Assembly: GCA_963781705.1 (NCBI GenBank)
Contig: CAWAGP010000010.1
Location: 746,767-810,766 of the forward strand
Direction: 5' to 3'
DNA: 64,000 bases
From: an uncultured Chloroflexia bacterium
GTDB taxonomy: Bacteria > Chloroflexota > Limnocylindria > Limnocylindrales > CSP1-4
Shown: positions 46,398 through 56,626 of the stretch, one piece after another
Numbering within the stretch: the first letter of the stretch is position 1
How the letters are laid out: every line of letters starts with the position of its first letter
Position numbers and translations under genes: made by a program
Notes under the pieces: model-generated
The model's database searches: none
What the model saw: the letters and a program-made list of their open reading frames with translations, nothing else
Told to the model about the DNA's origin: nothing

Positions 46398-48200
46398 ATG
46401 CTCGGTCGGACGGATGGCCGGCTGCGGCTGCTGGCGCTGCTGTGCGCCCTGGTGCTGGTCGCGTCGGCGCTCGTGCTGCGACTTGCATACTGGCAAATCG
46501 GCCAGGCCGCCGAGCTGCAGCAGCGAGCCGATGCCGAACTAGCCACCTCGACCGAGGCCCAGGTCCAGCGCGGCGACATCTTGGACCGCAACGGCAACAT
46601 CCTCGCCACCACCGCCTACCGTGACCTGCTGGCCGCCTACCCGGACATGCTCGCCGAGGGTGACCGCGCTCCCGTCGCGCGGCGAGTGGCGCAGATCCTC
46701 GGCTTCTCGCAGCAGCAGACCGACAGCCTCGTCGCCAGTTTCACCGCCCCGGAACCGCCTCCTTACCTGGTCGTCGCCCACCAGCTGACCGAAGATCAGA
46801 GCCAACTCATTCGCGCCGGACTCGAGGCCGGACTCGAAAACGATGGGCTGAGCGAGCTGGGCCTGCAACCTGAGCCGGTGCGTGTCTATCCCGACCCCGG
46901 CGGAGCCCCCGACACGACGCTGGCCAGTCAACTGCTCGGGTTCGTGACCAACGACGGCCAGGGTCGTTATGGCGTCGAGGAGGCCAGCCAGGCGCTGCTC
47001 GCCGGCGCGCCGCCGCTGACCGCCGATGCCTCGGCCAATCCGCCGCTGCCGCAGACTGGCGGCAATGTCGAGCTGACCATCGACTCCGGCCTGCAGCTGC
47101 GCTTGGAGAAGGAACTCTACGCAGCATGGGTGGCGGACCGTGCGCCGCGGGTGACCGGTCTGGTCATGGATCCGTACACCGGCGCGATCCTGGCCTACGG
47201 TTCCGTGCCCGGCTACGACGAGAACAGCTACGCCAGCGTTGCGCAGTCCGACCCGACGCTCTTCGATGACCCGATCATCGGCGAGGTCTACGAGCCGGGC
47301 TCGGTGATGAAGATGTTCACTTCTGCCGCGGCGCTCGAAGAAGGCGTGGTCAACATGTACACGCCCGTGCTCGACAGCCAGGCGCTGCACATCGGGCCCG
47401 ATACGGTGCACGACGGCGACCTGCACGGCATGGGCTGGATTTCATTCCAGGACGTAATTGCGCACTCGCGCAACGTGGCCACCGGTCGCGTGGCGATGAT
47501 GCTCGGCCCGACCACCGCCACGGCATCCGAGGTGCTCTACCAGATGTGGCAGCGCTTTGGCATCGGCGTGCCGACCGGGATCGAGCTGGGTGGCGAGCTG
47601 TCCGGGCTCGTGACCGATCCGTCGGTCACGCCGTGGCAGACGATCGACCTGGTCAACCACGCCTTCGGCCAGGGCGTGGCGATCACGCCGCTGCAACTGG
47701 CGACGGCGTATGCCGCGATGGTCAACGGCGGCTACCTGCCCCAGCCGCATGTCTACGCCTCGCTCGACGGCCAGCCGGAAGCAGTTGCCGCCGCGCACCA
47801 GGTCATCAGCAACGATCTATCGGATCAGTTGCGCCAGCTGATGATCCATGTCGTCGATGCCGGTCCGGGCTACGCTCCGCAGACGAAGATCGACGGCTAC
47901 GTGGTGGGCGGCAAGACGGGCACCGCCCAGATCTGGGATACGGCCTCGGGCGAATGGCTACCCGACACCTACAACCACACCTTCGTGGGCTTCATCGGCA
48001 ACCCGGATCCGCAGGCGATCATCCTGGTGCGCATTCACGACACCGAGCCGCACGTCAAGGTCAGCTGGGGCATGACGCTGCAGGAGACCTCCAACGAGCT
48101 TTTCCGTCATGTCGGGCTGGATACCATCGCCGCGCTCGACATTCCGGCCCTGCCCGGCTACGTACAGCCGACTTCCAGCGACCAGCCGAGCGTGCAATAG
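46398..48200 (+). CDS. ftsI: Penicillin-binding protein 2B/FtsI-type transpeptidase
   Basis: N-terminal TM, PBP dimerisation domain, then SVMK (SxxK), SRN (SxN) and KTGTA motifs. Confidence 0.92.
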   Translation: MLGRTDGRLRLLALLCALVLVASALVLRLAYWQIGQAAELQQRADAELATSTEAQVQRGDILDRNGNILATTAYRDLLAAYPDMLAEGDRAPVARRVAQILGFSQQQTDSLVASFTAPEPPPYLVVAHQLTEDQSQLIRAGLEAGLENDGLSELGLQPEPVRVYPDPGGAPDTTLASQLLGFVTNDGQGRYGVEEASQALLAGAPPLTADASANPPLPQTGGNVELTIDSGLQLRLEKELYAAWVADRAPRVTGLVMDPYTGAILAYGSVPGYDENSYASVAQSDPTLFDDPIIGEVYEPGSVMKMFTSAAALEEGVVNMYTPVLDSQALHIGPDTVHDGDLHGMGWISFQDVIAHSRNVATGRVAMMLGPTTATASEVLYQMWQRFGIGVPTGIELGGELSGLVTDPSVTPWQTIDLVNHAFGQGVAITPLQLATAYAAMVNGGYLPQPHVYASLDGQPEAVAAAHQVISNDLSDQLRQLMIHVVDAGPGYAPQTKIDGYVVGGKTGTAQIWDTASGEWLPDTYNHTFVGFIGNPDPQAIILVRIHDTEPHVKVSWGMTLQETSNELFRHVGLDTIAALDIPALPGYVQPTSSDQPSVQ

Positions 48201-48208
48201 GCCGGCCG

Positions 48209-49678
48209 ATGCGAGAATGGCCAGCCTTGATTGAGCGCAGCCCAGATCCCGACGGCGGCTTCGAGTTGGACGAGTTTGCCGACGCGGTGGCAGGCGAGGT
48301 CATCCAGTCGGGCAGCGCGGCCATCCACGGCGGCGCGGTCGATTCACGCCGGGTCGAACCCGGGAACGCCTTCTTCGCGTTGCCCGGCGAGCACGCCGAC
48401 GGTCACCGCTTCCTGGCTGACGCTGCGCACCGCGGAGCCGCCGCGCTGGTCGTCAGCAGCCGTCCGGCCGGCGCCGATATGGAAGCACTTGCCGCCGCCG
48501 GCCCGTCGCCGGCAATCGTCCTTGTCAACGACGGCGGCGCGGCGCTGCGCCGAGCGGCGGCGGCATGGCGCGCCCGCTTCAGCCCGCTCGTCGTAGGTAT
48601 CACCGGGTCGCTGGCCAAGACGTCGACCAAGGAGCAGACGGCGGAGGTGCTGGCGGAACGCTGGACGGTGCTGCGCAACGCGGGCAACGAGAACAACGAG
48701 ATCGGCCTGCCGCTGACCTTGCTGAACCTGGGCCCGCAGCACGAGGCCGCGGTTCTCGAGATGGGCATGTACACGCCTGGCGACATTGCCGAGCTGGCGG
48801 CCATCGCGCGACCGTCGATCGGCGTGGTGACCGCGGTGCGCAACACGCACCTCTCGCGCGCCGGCTCGCTCGAAGCGATCGAGCGCGGCAAGCGTGAACT
48901 GGTCGAGGCGTTGCCCGCCGGCGGCACGGCCGTGCTCAACGCGGACGATGAGCGCGTCGGACGCATGGCCGCTCGAGCGCCTGCCGGTGTGGCAGTCTTG
49001 ACTTACGGCTTTGACCGGTCCGCCGATGTCCGTGCCATCGACGTCCGGTCGGGGGGCGAGAGCGGTATGCGCTTCACGCTGGTCACGTCGGCCGGCCGCC
49101 GCGAAGCCGCGATTCGCGGGCTCGGCCGGCACAGCGTGCACAACGCCCTGGCGGCGGCCGCAGTGGCCATCGCCGCCGGTCTCAGCGTGCCGCTCATCGT
49201 GCGCGGCCTCGCCCGGCCATGGGGTGCGCCGCACAGAACGGCGCTGGTCGATGCCGGCGGCTGGCGCCTGCTCGACGACAGCTACAACGCCGCGCCTGAC
49301 TCGATGCTCGCCGCGCTCGATACGCTGGCCAGTCTGCCCGGCCGCCACGTCGCAGTGCTGGGCGAGATGCTCGAGCTGGGCGACGCCAGCGCGGAGGCGC
49401 ACGAGCGGGTGGGCCGGTACGCCGCCCAGACCGCCGACGTGCTGCTGGGGATCGGGGCGGAAGCCGATGTCTATGCCGCAGCCGCGCGCCAGGCGGGCAT
49501 GGCCGCCGACGTCGTGCTGGCCGTGGGTGATCGTGGCGCGGCGCTCGACCTGTTGCGCGAGGTTATCCAGGCCGGCGATGTGGTGCTGGTCAAGGCGTCG
49601 CGCGGCGCGGAGCTCGACCTACTGGTGGACGACCTGCTCGTCGACGACCTGCTGAGCACCGGCGGACCGGCGCGATGA
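48209..49678 (+). CDS. murF: UDP-N-acetylmuramoyl-tripeptide--D-alanyl-D-alanine ligase
   Basis: DSRRVEPGNAFFALPGEHADGHRF, GITGSLAKTSTKE, NNEIGLP and DDSYNA. Confidence 0.92.
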   Translation: MREWPALIERSPDPDGGFELDEFADAVAGEVIQSGSAAIHGGAVDSRRVEPGNAFFALPGEHADGHRFLADAAHRGAAALVVSSRPAGADMEALAAAGPSPAIVLVNDGGAALRRAAAAWRARFSPLVVGITGSLAKTSTKEQTAEVLAERWTVLRNAGNENNEIGLPLTLLNLGPQHEAAVLEMGMYTPGDIAELAAIARPSIGVVTAVRNTHLSRAGSLEAIERGKRELVEALPAGGTAVLNADDERVGRMAARAPAGVAVLTYGFDRSADVRAIDVRSGGESGMRFTLVTSAGRREAAIRGLGRHSVHNALAAAAVAIAAGLSVPLIVRGLARPWGAPHRTALVDAGGWRLLDDSYNAAPDSMLAALDTLASLPGRHVAVLGEMLELGDASAEAHERVGRYAAQTADVLLGIGAEADVYAAAARQAGMAADVVLAVGDRGAALDLLREVIQAGDVVLVKASRGAELDLLVDDLLVDDLLSTGGPAR

Positions 49679-50667
49679 ACGTCGCCGCCTCGCTCGTCCA
49701 GGCCATCCTGCTCACCTTCGCCCTGGTCGTGATCCTGATGCCGCCGTTCATCCTGCTGCTGCGTCGGCTGGGCTTCGGCAAGCGCATCCGCGTCGAAGGC
49801 CCGGACTCACACCTGGTCAAGGAGGGCACGCCGTCGATGGGCGGCGTGCTGATGATCGTGGTCGTGGCGGTGTCGGCGCTGCTCTTCCATGTCGTGGGTC
49901 ACGACGAGTTCCTTGGTCCGCAGACGATCGCGCCGATCCTGACGCTGCTCGTGGTGGGCTTCCTGGGCACCGCTGACGACTACCTCAACGCGACGACTGG
50001 TGAGGGCATTCGCATCCGGCAGAAGCTGCTCTGGCAGGTGGTCGTGTCGGGCGCCATCGCCTTCCAGATCCAGCGCACGTACGACGTCCAGGCGCTGACC
50101 GTGCCGTTCATCGGCGACGTCTTGATCCAGCCGTGGGTGTACATCCTTTTCGCCGCCCTCGCCATCGTGGCCACGACCAACGGCGTTAACTTCACCGATG
50201 GCCTCGACGGCCTGGCCGGCGGCACGCTCATCTTTGCCTTCGTGGCGTACCTGATCATCGCCCTGCTCGGTGGGCAGCAGAACCTCGCCGTCCTGTGTGC
50301 GCTGCTGATCGGCGCCCTGCTCGGCTTCCTGTGGTTCAACGTCCACCCGGCGCAGGTGTTCATGGGGGACTCGGGCTCGCTGGCCATGGGCGCGACCCTG
50401 GCCGTGATCGGGCTGATCACCGGCCAGATCCTGCTGCTGCCGCTGGTCGGCATCATCTTCGTGCTCGAGGCCGGCTCGGACATCCTCCAGATCGCCAGCT
50501 TCAAGCTGACCGGCCGGCGCATCTTCCGCATGGCGCCGTTGCACCACCACTTCGAACTGGCCGGCTGGGACGAAGAAAAGATCACCATGCGTTTCTGGAT
50601 AGTCGGCGTGCTGGCAGCGATGCTCGGCGTGACCTTCTTCTTCTCGACGTTCGTGCCGGCGACGTGA
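49675..50667 (+). CDS. mraY: Phospho-N-acetylmuramoyl-pentapeptide transferase
   Basis: PSMGG, GTADDYLN, NGVNFTDGLDGLA, VFMGDSGSLAMG and APLHHHFE. Confidence 0.96.
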   Translation: MNVAASLVQAILLTFALVVILMPPFILLLRRLGFGKRIRVEGPDSHLVKEGTPSMGGVLMIVVVAVSALLFHVVGHDEFLGPQTIAPILTLLVVGFLGTADDYLNATTGEGIRIRQKLLWQVVVSGAIAFQIQRTYDVQALTVPFIGDVLIQPWVYILFAALAIVATTNGVNFTDGLDGLAGGTLIFAFVAYLIIALLGGQQNLAVLCALLIGALLGFLWFNVHPAQVFMGDSGSLAMGATLAVIGLITGQILLLPLVGIIFVLEAGSDILQIASFKLTGRRIFRMAPLHHHFELAGWDEEKITMRFWIVGVLAAMLGVTFFFSTFVPAT

Positions 50668-52172
50668 GCGGCGTGGCGGAGCACCCCACGCCGATCGCGC
50701 TGGACGGCCTCGATCTCGACGCCTTCGCCGGCCATCCGGTGGCGGTCCTTGGCCTGGCGCGCAGTGGCGTGGCGTTGTGCCGCTTCCTGGTCGATCGCGG
50801 CGCCGTCGTGACCGGGTACGACGCTCGCACGGCCGACCAACTGGCCGATCAGATCGACTCGCTCGACGGGCGGCCGGTGCGCCTGCTGCTCGGCCCGAAC
50901 GTCGACCCCGCCGCGGCGCTGTCCGGCCAGGCGCTGGTGTGCACCTCACCGTCCATCAACAGCCGCTACCCGACGACCGAGCCACGGCTGCGCGCCGCGC
51001 TGGTCGAACTCGAGGCGCGGGCGCGCGTGCCCGTGGTCAGCGAGGTCGACCTCTTCCTGCGCCTATGTCCGTCACTGACGGTGGGCGTGACCGGCACCAA
51101 GGGCAAGACGACGACCAGCTCGCTGGTGGCCGCGGTCCTTGGGGCGGCAGGCGCTCCGGTCGTGCTGGGCGGGAACATCGGTACGCCCCTGATCGAGCGA
51201 CTTCCGGAATTGACGGCCCAGCACCGGGTCGTGCTCGAGCTGTCCGAATTGCAGTTGCCGACCCTCTGGCGCGGCACTCTGGTCGCGGTGTACACGCATG
51301 TCACCAGCGATCACCTGGACCGCCACGGCACCCTCGACGCCTATCGCGCGGTTAAGCGCCGGCTGGCCGAGTTGCTGCCCGCCGACGGGCGGCTGGTGCT
51401 CAATGCCGAGGATCCGGTCAGCCGTGCCTTCGCCGAGCACAGCGCGGCCCCGGCGGTGCGGTACACGCGGCGCGCCCCCGCGCCGGGCGGTGTGGGCGTG
51501 CGCGACGGTTGGGTGGTGAGCGACGGCGTCGAGCGGCTTGCCGCCGCCGGCGGTGGCACCGCCATGACCGGGCCGTCCGGCCGCGTGCTGCCGCTGGAGG
51601 ACATCGCGCTGCCCGGCGCGCATAACGTCAGCAACGTCCTTGCCGCGGTCGCAGCCGGGCTGCTCTTCGGTGTCGCGCCCGACGCCATGCGGGCGGCCGT
51701 TGCCGACTTTCGCGGCGTCGAGCATCGCCTCGAGCTGGTGACGACCATCGATGGCGTCACCTTCGTCAACGATTCGCAGGGCACTCAGCCGGACGCGGTC
51801 ATCGCCGCGCTGCGCAGCTTCGAGCAGCCGCTCGTGCTCATCGCCGGCGGCCAGGGCAAGAACCTCGACCTGACCGAGTTGGCGACCGAAGTCGCTGAGC
51901 GGGCGACGGCGGTCGTGCTGCTGGGCGCCACGGCCGACGAGTTCGAGCGGCTCTTCCGGACGGCCGGCGCGGGCCTCATCCAGCGCGCCTCATCGATGCC
52001 GGACGCGGTCCGTCAGGCCGACGCGCTGGCGCGTCAGCTGGCCGGCTCCGGCGATCGTGCCACGGTGCTGCTCAGTCCCGCTGCGACCAGCTTCGACATG
52101 TTCGTCGACTATGCCGATCGGGGCCGGGCGTTCAAGGCGGCCGTGGCCGCGTTGGCGGGCATAGGACGATGA
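50664..52172 (+). CDS. murD: UDP-N-acetylmuramoylalanine--D-glutamate ligase
   Basis: GVTGTKGKTTTSS, a VEHRLE-type motif and NDSQGTQPDA. The GTG start overlaps the mraY stop (GTGA). Confidence 0.92.
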   Translation: MSGVAEHPTPIALDGLDLDAFAGHPVAVLGLARSGVALCRFLVDRGAVVTGYDARTADQLADQIDSLDGRPVRLLLGPNVDPAAALSGQALVCTSPSINSRYPTTEPRLRAALVELEARARVPVVSEVDLFLRLCPSLTVGVTGTKGKTTTSSLVAAVLGAAGAPVVLGGNIGTPLIERLPELTAQHRVVLELSELQLPTLWRGTLVAVYTHVTSDHLDRHGTLDAYRAVKRRLAELLPADGRLVLNAEDPVSRAFAEHSAAPAVRYTRRAPAPGGVGVRDGWVVSDGVERLAAAGGGTAMTGPSGRVLPLEDIALPGAHNVSNVLAAVAAGLLFGVAPDAMRAAVADFRGVEHRLELVTTIDGVTFVNDSQGTQPDAVIAALRSFEQPLVLIAGGQGKNLDLTELATEVAERATAVVLLGATADEFERLFRTAGAGLIQRASSMPDAVRQADALARQLAGSGDRATVLLSPAATSFDMFVDYADRGRAFKAAVAALAGIGR

Positions 52173-53467
52173 GCCGCGTCACCGGCCGTCAGGCGCAGGC
52201 CACCCGGCGCGTGGCGCAGCCGGCCACGCCGGCCACTTTGCGCGGGCCGCAACGAGAGCGCCACGAGCCCGATTACGTGCTTCTGTTCGCCGTCATGGCG
52301 CTGGCGGCGCTGGGCATCCTGATGGTCTATTCGAGTTCGGGCGTTGCTTCGCTGATAGACCAGCACGACCCGTTCGCGGTGGTCGGCCCGCAGGCGATGT
52401 GGGGCGTGCTCGGCGCCACCCTGATGGTCGTCATGACGCGCATCGACTTCCGTTACCTGCGCCTCGTGTCGATTCCGGCATTCGCGGTGGCGCTCGGGCT
52501 ACTGGTCGTCGTGCTGCTGCCGGCAATCGGGCCGCTCAAGCCGGTAGTGCTGAACGGCTCGGCGCGCTGGCTGCAGATCGGTCCGCTGCCATACATGCAC
52601 CCGGGCGAGTTCGCCAAGCTGGCGCTGGTCGTCTACCTCGCCCATTGGCTGGCGCGCAACGAGCGCAACGTGGGCTCATTCGTGCACGGGATGCTGCCCT
52701 TCCTGTTGATCGTCGGTCCTTTGCTCGCCCTCGTGCTGGTCGAACCCGACTTGGGCACGAGCGGCGTCCTGGCGCTGACGGCTTTCACCATGTTCTTCGT
52801 CGCCGGCGCGAGCGTGGTGCAGCTGGCCGCCATTGTCCCGGTTGGCTCGGCGGCTTTGTGGGTGGTCATGACCCACTTTGGTTACCCGCTATCACGCCTG
52901 CAAACTCTCCTCGATCCGTGGGCGGATCCGCAGGGCAACGGCTATCACACGGTCCAGGGCCTGCTCGCGCTGGGCACCGGCGGCGTGCTGGGCATCGGCC
53001 TGGGCCAGAGCAACCAGCCCGGCACCGTGATCCTGCCGGCCGCCAACAACGACTTCGTCTTCGCACTGATCGGCCAGGAGTTGGGCTTCTTTGGCGCCGT
53101 TGCCGTGATTGGCCTGTACGTGCTGCTCGCCTGGCGCGGCCTGCGCATCGCGCTCAACACGCCCGACAAGTTCGGCCGCCTGCTGGCGACCGGCATCACC
53201 GCCTGGCTGACGCTGCAGGCGTTCATCAACATCGCCGTGGTGGTCGTCCTGTTGCCCGTCACCGGCATCACCCTGCCGTTCGTGTCGCTCGGCGGTTCAT
53301 CACTGGCGGTCAGCTTCGTGGCCGTCGGTATCCTGCTCTCGATCTCGCGCGAGACACTGCCCAGAGGAAATTGGAACCATGCGGATTCTGATCGCCGCCG
53401 GTGGTACAGGCGGGCACGTGTATCCCGCGCTGGCCGTCGCGCGCTCCCTGCGCGATCGGGCGCCTGA
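52169..53467 (+). CDS. ftsW: SEDS-family peptidoglycan polymerase FtsW
   Basis: 10-TM SEDS protein with PGEFAKLALVVYLA, LEPDLGT and NDFVFALIGQELGFFG. The 3' tail (Arg-rich) overlaps murG by 89 nt. Confidence 0.9.
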   Translation: MSRVTGRQAQATRRVAQPATPATLRGPQRERHEPDYVLLFAVMALAALGILMVYSSSGVASLIDQHDPFAVVGPQAMWGVLGATLMVVMTRIDFRYLRLVSIPAFAVALGLLVVVLLPAIGPLKPVVLNGSARWLQIGPLPYMHPGEFAKLALVVYLAHWLARNERNVGSFVHGMLPFLLIVGPLLALVLVEPDLGTSGVLALTAFTMFFVAGASVVQLAAIVPVGSAALWVVMTHFGYPLSRLQTLLDPWADPQGNGYHTVQGLLALGTGGVLGIGLGQSNQPGTVILPAANNDFVFALIGQELGFFGAVAVIGLYVLLAWRGLRIALNTPDKFGRLLATGITAWLTLQAFINIAVVVVLLPVTGITLPFVSLGGSSLAVSFVAVGILLSISRETLPRGNWNHADSDRRRWYRRARVSRAGRRALPARSGA

Positions 53468-54524
53468 CAGCGAGTTCCTGTGGCTTGGTGGTCACCGCGG
53501 GCTCGAGTCGACGATCGTGCCGGGGGAGGGCTACCGGCTGCGGCTGCTATGGCTGCGCTCGCTGCGGACGACCGATCGCTCGATCCACACCGTGCTCGAT
53601 CCGCTCCGGCTGGCCGCGTCGTACGGTCAGGCGCTGGGGATCCTTGCCCGCTACCGACCGCGCGCGATCTTCACCACCGGCGGTTTCCTGGCCGTGCCGG
53701 TGATCGCGGCGGCGGCAACGCTGCGCATCCCGAGCGTCATCTGGGAGGGCAACCTGATCGCCGGGCGCAGCGTGCGCGCCAGCGCCCGATTGGCCAGCGC
53801 GGCCGCGGTGTCTTTTGCCGACACGTGCGCCGACCTGGGCGCCCGGCTGTGTTTCGTAACCGGCACTCCAATTCGCTCTTTCGCCGGCCATGACCGAGCT
53901 GGCGCGCGGCAGGCCTTGCACCTCGACGAGGACCTGCCCTGCCTGCTCATCTTCGGTGGTTCGCAGGCCGTGCGCCGGCTGAACCGGGCCGTGGCCGAGG
54001 CGCTGCCGAGCCTCGTTGAGCGAGCGTACGTCGTGCACTTGACCGGCCAGCCCGCGTATGCCGACGCACTGCGCCGCCGCGAAGCGCTGCCGGTCGCGGT
54101 CCGCGGTCGGTACCGGCCCTTCGCCTTCCTGCGCGCGGAAATGACCGACGCCCTGCTGGCGGCCGACCTACTGGTCGGCCGGGCGGGCTCGTCGACGCTG
54201 GCCGAGGCAACCGCCGTGGGTCTGCCCATGGTGGTGGTGCCATATCCGTGGGCCGACGCACACCAGTCGGCGAACGCCCGGGCGCTGGCCGAAGCCGGCG
54301 CCGCCCGCCTGGTGCCCGACGAGGAGTTCGACGCCGACGCGCTGGCTGATGCGGCCTCCCTGCTTTCGAAACCGATCGAGCTCGAGGCGATGCGCAAGGC
54401 CGCGCGCGGGCTGGGTCGCCCGGGTGCCGCTGACGCGGCAGCTGAGCTCGTGCTGGCCCTCGCCGAGCGCGCCGCGCTGCCCAGTCCGCAGACCATCGAA
54501 AGACTGTCGCGGGCGGCCGCGTGA
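53379..54524 (+). CDS. murG: UDP-N-acetylglucosamine--N-acetylmuramyl-(pentapeptide) pyrophosphoryl-undecaprenol GlcNAc transferase
   Basis: MRILIAAGGTGGHVYPALAVA, GRAGSSTLAE, and AGAGGAAA as an RBS region upstream. Confidence 0.94.
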   Translation: MRILIAAGGTGGHVYPALAVARSLRDRAPDSEFLWLGGHRGLESTIVPGEGYRLRLLWLRSLRTTDRSIHTVLDPLRLAASYGQALGILARYRPRAIFTTGGFLAVPVIAAAATLRIPSVIWEGNLIAGRSVRASARLASAAAVSFADTCADLGARLCFVTGTPIRSFAGHDRAGARQALHLDEDLPCLLIFGGSQAVRRLNRAVAEALPSLVERAYVVHLTGQPAYADALRRREALPVAVRGRYRPFAFLRAEMTDALLAADLLVGRAGSSTLAEATAVGLPMVVVPYPWADAHQSANARALAEAGAARLVPDEEFDADALADAASLLSKPIELEAMRKAARGLGRPGAADAAAELVLALAERAALPSPQTIERLSRAAA

Positions 54525-55486
54525 CGGCCGCCGTCGTGGGCAGCGACGAATCCGAGCTCGCCCGGCTGGGCACCGAGATACAGCGCCGCATTGGCGTCAA
54601 GACCTCGCGCCACGAGCCGCTGGCGCGCTTCACGACCATGCGCGTTGGTGGCCCGGCGGACCTGTTCGCCGAGGTGCACAACCTGTTCGAGCTGCGCGCC
54701 ATCGTTCGTTTCGCCCGGTCGCGCGACCTGCCGTACTTCCTGCTCGGCCGCGGTTCCGACCTGGTCATCAGCGACGCCGGCATGCGTGGCCTGGTCATCT
54801 ACAACCGTGCCCAACAGGTGCGTTTCGAGGGGCGCCGCCTGATCGCCGACTCGGGTCTGCCGATGGCGCGCGCCGCCACCCTGTGCCGAGGTGAAGGCCT
54901 GTCCGGGCTCGAGTTCGGCCTGGCCATCCCCGGCACGCTCGGTGGGGCGGTGTGGGCCAATGCCGGCGCCCATGAATCTGATGTGGCGCACGTGCTGGCC
55001 GAGGCCGGCGTCCTGCGCGCCGACGGCGATGAGGTCGCGCTCGACCGCAGCGGGCTTCAGCTGGCGTATCGCGACAGCATCCTCAAGCACAGCCCAGCCG
55101 GGTCGCCCGAGGTCGTCACCTGGGCCGCCTTCGAGCTGACGCCGGCCGAGCCGGCCGACATCGACACGCGGCTCGACGAGATCCGCCGCTGGCGCCAGCA
55201 GCACCAACCGCTCGGCCTGCCCTCGGCCGGCAGTGTCTTTCGCAACCCGGCCGGCGACTCGGCCGGCGCGATCATCGATCGACTCGGGCTCAAGGGCATG
55301 CGCGTGGGTGGCGCGGTGGTCAGCCACAAGCATGCCAACTTCATCGTCAACGATCAGGCGGGCACGGCCACTGATGTGCGTTCTCTGGCTGAGCAGGTGC
55401 GTGAGACGGTCAGGCGCGAGACCGGCCTCGAACTCGTGTTCGAGATCGTTTTCGCCGGTGACTGGTCGGGGTGGGCGCCGGAGTGA
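54521..55486 (+). CDS. murB: UDP-N-acetylenolpyruvoylglucosamine reductase
   Basis: FTTMRVGGPADLF, LLGRGSDLVISD, GSVFRNP and HANFIVN. Confidence 0.93.
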   Translation: MTAAVVGSDESELARLGTEIQRRIGVKTSRHEPLARFTTMRVGGPADLFAEVHNLFELRAIVRFARSRDLPYFLLGRGSDLVISDAGMRGLVIYNRAQQVRFEGRRLIADSGLPMARAATLCRGEGLSGLEFGLAIPGTLGGAVWANAGAHESDVAHVLAEAGVLRADGDEVALDRSGLQLAYRDSILKHSPAGSPEVVTWAAFELTPAEPADIDTRLDEIRRWRQQHQPLGLPSAGSVFRNPAGDSAGAIIDRLGLKGMRVGGAVVSHKHANFIVNDQAGTATDVRSLAEQVRETVRRETGLELVFEIVFAGDWSGWAPE

Positions 55487-56625
55487 AGCGGCCGCACGGC
55501 ATGCCGCCGACCAGCATCGCCGTCGTCCTCGGGGGAACATCGGCGGAGCACGACGTGTCGCTCGTCTCCGGCCGCGCCATCGCGGCTGCCCTGGCCGAGC
55601 GTGGCCACGCGGTCGAGGGCTGGCTGGTCGATCTCGATGGGCACTGGTGGCAACTGCCCGCGGCAGCGATGGACGCACGCCACCCGGCGACCGCCTACGA
55701 CCAGCCGCCGGAGCTGGGTGCGAGCGGGCCGTCGAGTGCTGCTGCCGCCCTCGAAATGCTTGCTGCGCGGGAGCGGCCGCCGGTCGTGTTCATCGCCCTC
55801 CACGGTCCGTTCGGCGAGGACGGCACGCTCCAGGCGCTGTGCGAGACAGCCGGTCTCATCTACACCGGCGCGGGCGTCGCGGCGTCGGCGCTGGGCATGG
55901 ACAAGGTCCTGTTCAAGCGCCTGGTCGAGGCGCTGGGCATGCCCGTGGCGGCGTGGACAGAGGTGTCGGCCACGGAATGGGCGGCCGACGCGACTGGCGT
56001 GCAGCGCCGCCTGCTCGAGTTCGCGCGCGGGTTGCCCGACGCAAGACTGCTGGTCAAACCAGCCCGGCTGGGCTCGTCCGTGGGCATCGCCATCGTCCAC
56101 CATCCCGACGATCCGGAATACCTGGGCAGCGCGTTGACCGATGCGCTCGGATACGGCGACAGCGTGCTCGTCGAGGAGTACGTCGATCACCCGCGCGAAT
56201 TCGAGATGAGCATCGTGGGTAACTCGGCGGCCGATCTCGAGAGCTATGGCCCGGGCGAGATCTTTCCCGGCCACGAGTTCTACGACTACGCCGCCAAGTA
56301 CAGCGAGGGCGTGTCGCGGACGACCGACCAGCCCGAGGTTGCGCCCGAGCTGCGCGCACGCATGCACGACATCGCCCGGCGCGCCTATCTGGCCATCGGG
56401 GCGACGGGCTTCGCGCGGGTCGACTTCATGCTCGACCGCGGCGGCCAGCTCTACCTGAATGAGATCAACACCATCCCCGGCTTCACGCCGATCAGCCTCT
56501 TCCCGGTGCTGTGCCGGGCGGGTGGCTATGACTTCGCCGCGATCAGCGAGCGGATCATCGAGCTGGCACTCGAGCGAGCGGCGCTGCAACCGCATCGCGC
56601 GCTGACGCGCGCCGACCTGCCTTAG
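55483..56625 (+). CDS. ddl: D-alanine--D-alanine ligase
   Basis: VVLGGTSAEHDVSLVSG, ALHGPFGEDGTLQ, GSSVGI and EINTIPGFT. GTG 55483 overlaps the murB stop (GTGA); ATG 55501 is an alternative start. Confidence 0.92.
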   Translation: MKRPHGMPPTSIAVVLGGTSAEHDVSLVSGRAIAAALAERGHAVEGWLVDLDGHWWQLPAAAMDARHPATAYDQPPELGASGPSSAAAALEMLAARERPPVVFIALHGPFGEDGTLQALCETAGLIYTGAGVAASALGMDKVLFKRLVEALGMPVAAWTEVSATEWAADATGVQRRLLEFARGLPDARLLVKPARLGSSVGIAIVHHPDDPEYLGSALTDALGYGDSVLVEEYVDHPREFEMSIVGNSAADLESYGPGEIFPGHEFYDYAAKYSEGVSRTTDQPEVAPELRARMHDIARRAYLAIGATGFARVDFMLDRGGQLYLNEINTIPGFTPISLFPVLCRAGGYDFAAISERIIELALERAALQPHRALTRADLP

Positions 56626-56626
56626 C

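Noticed and set aside
49615-49660. Repeated DLLVDDLLVDDLL at the MurF C-terminus as a possible slippage repeat
   Set aside because: It is only two short imperfect copies at the DNA level, in a non-conserved tail, and not clearly meaningful.
53651-55678. 675-aa ORF on the minus strand
   Set aside because: Antisense to murG, murB and ddl, all of which carry canonical motifs. The product is Arg/Ala/Pro/Ser low-complexity sequence.
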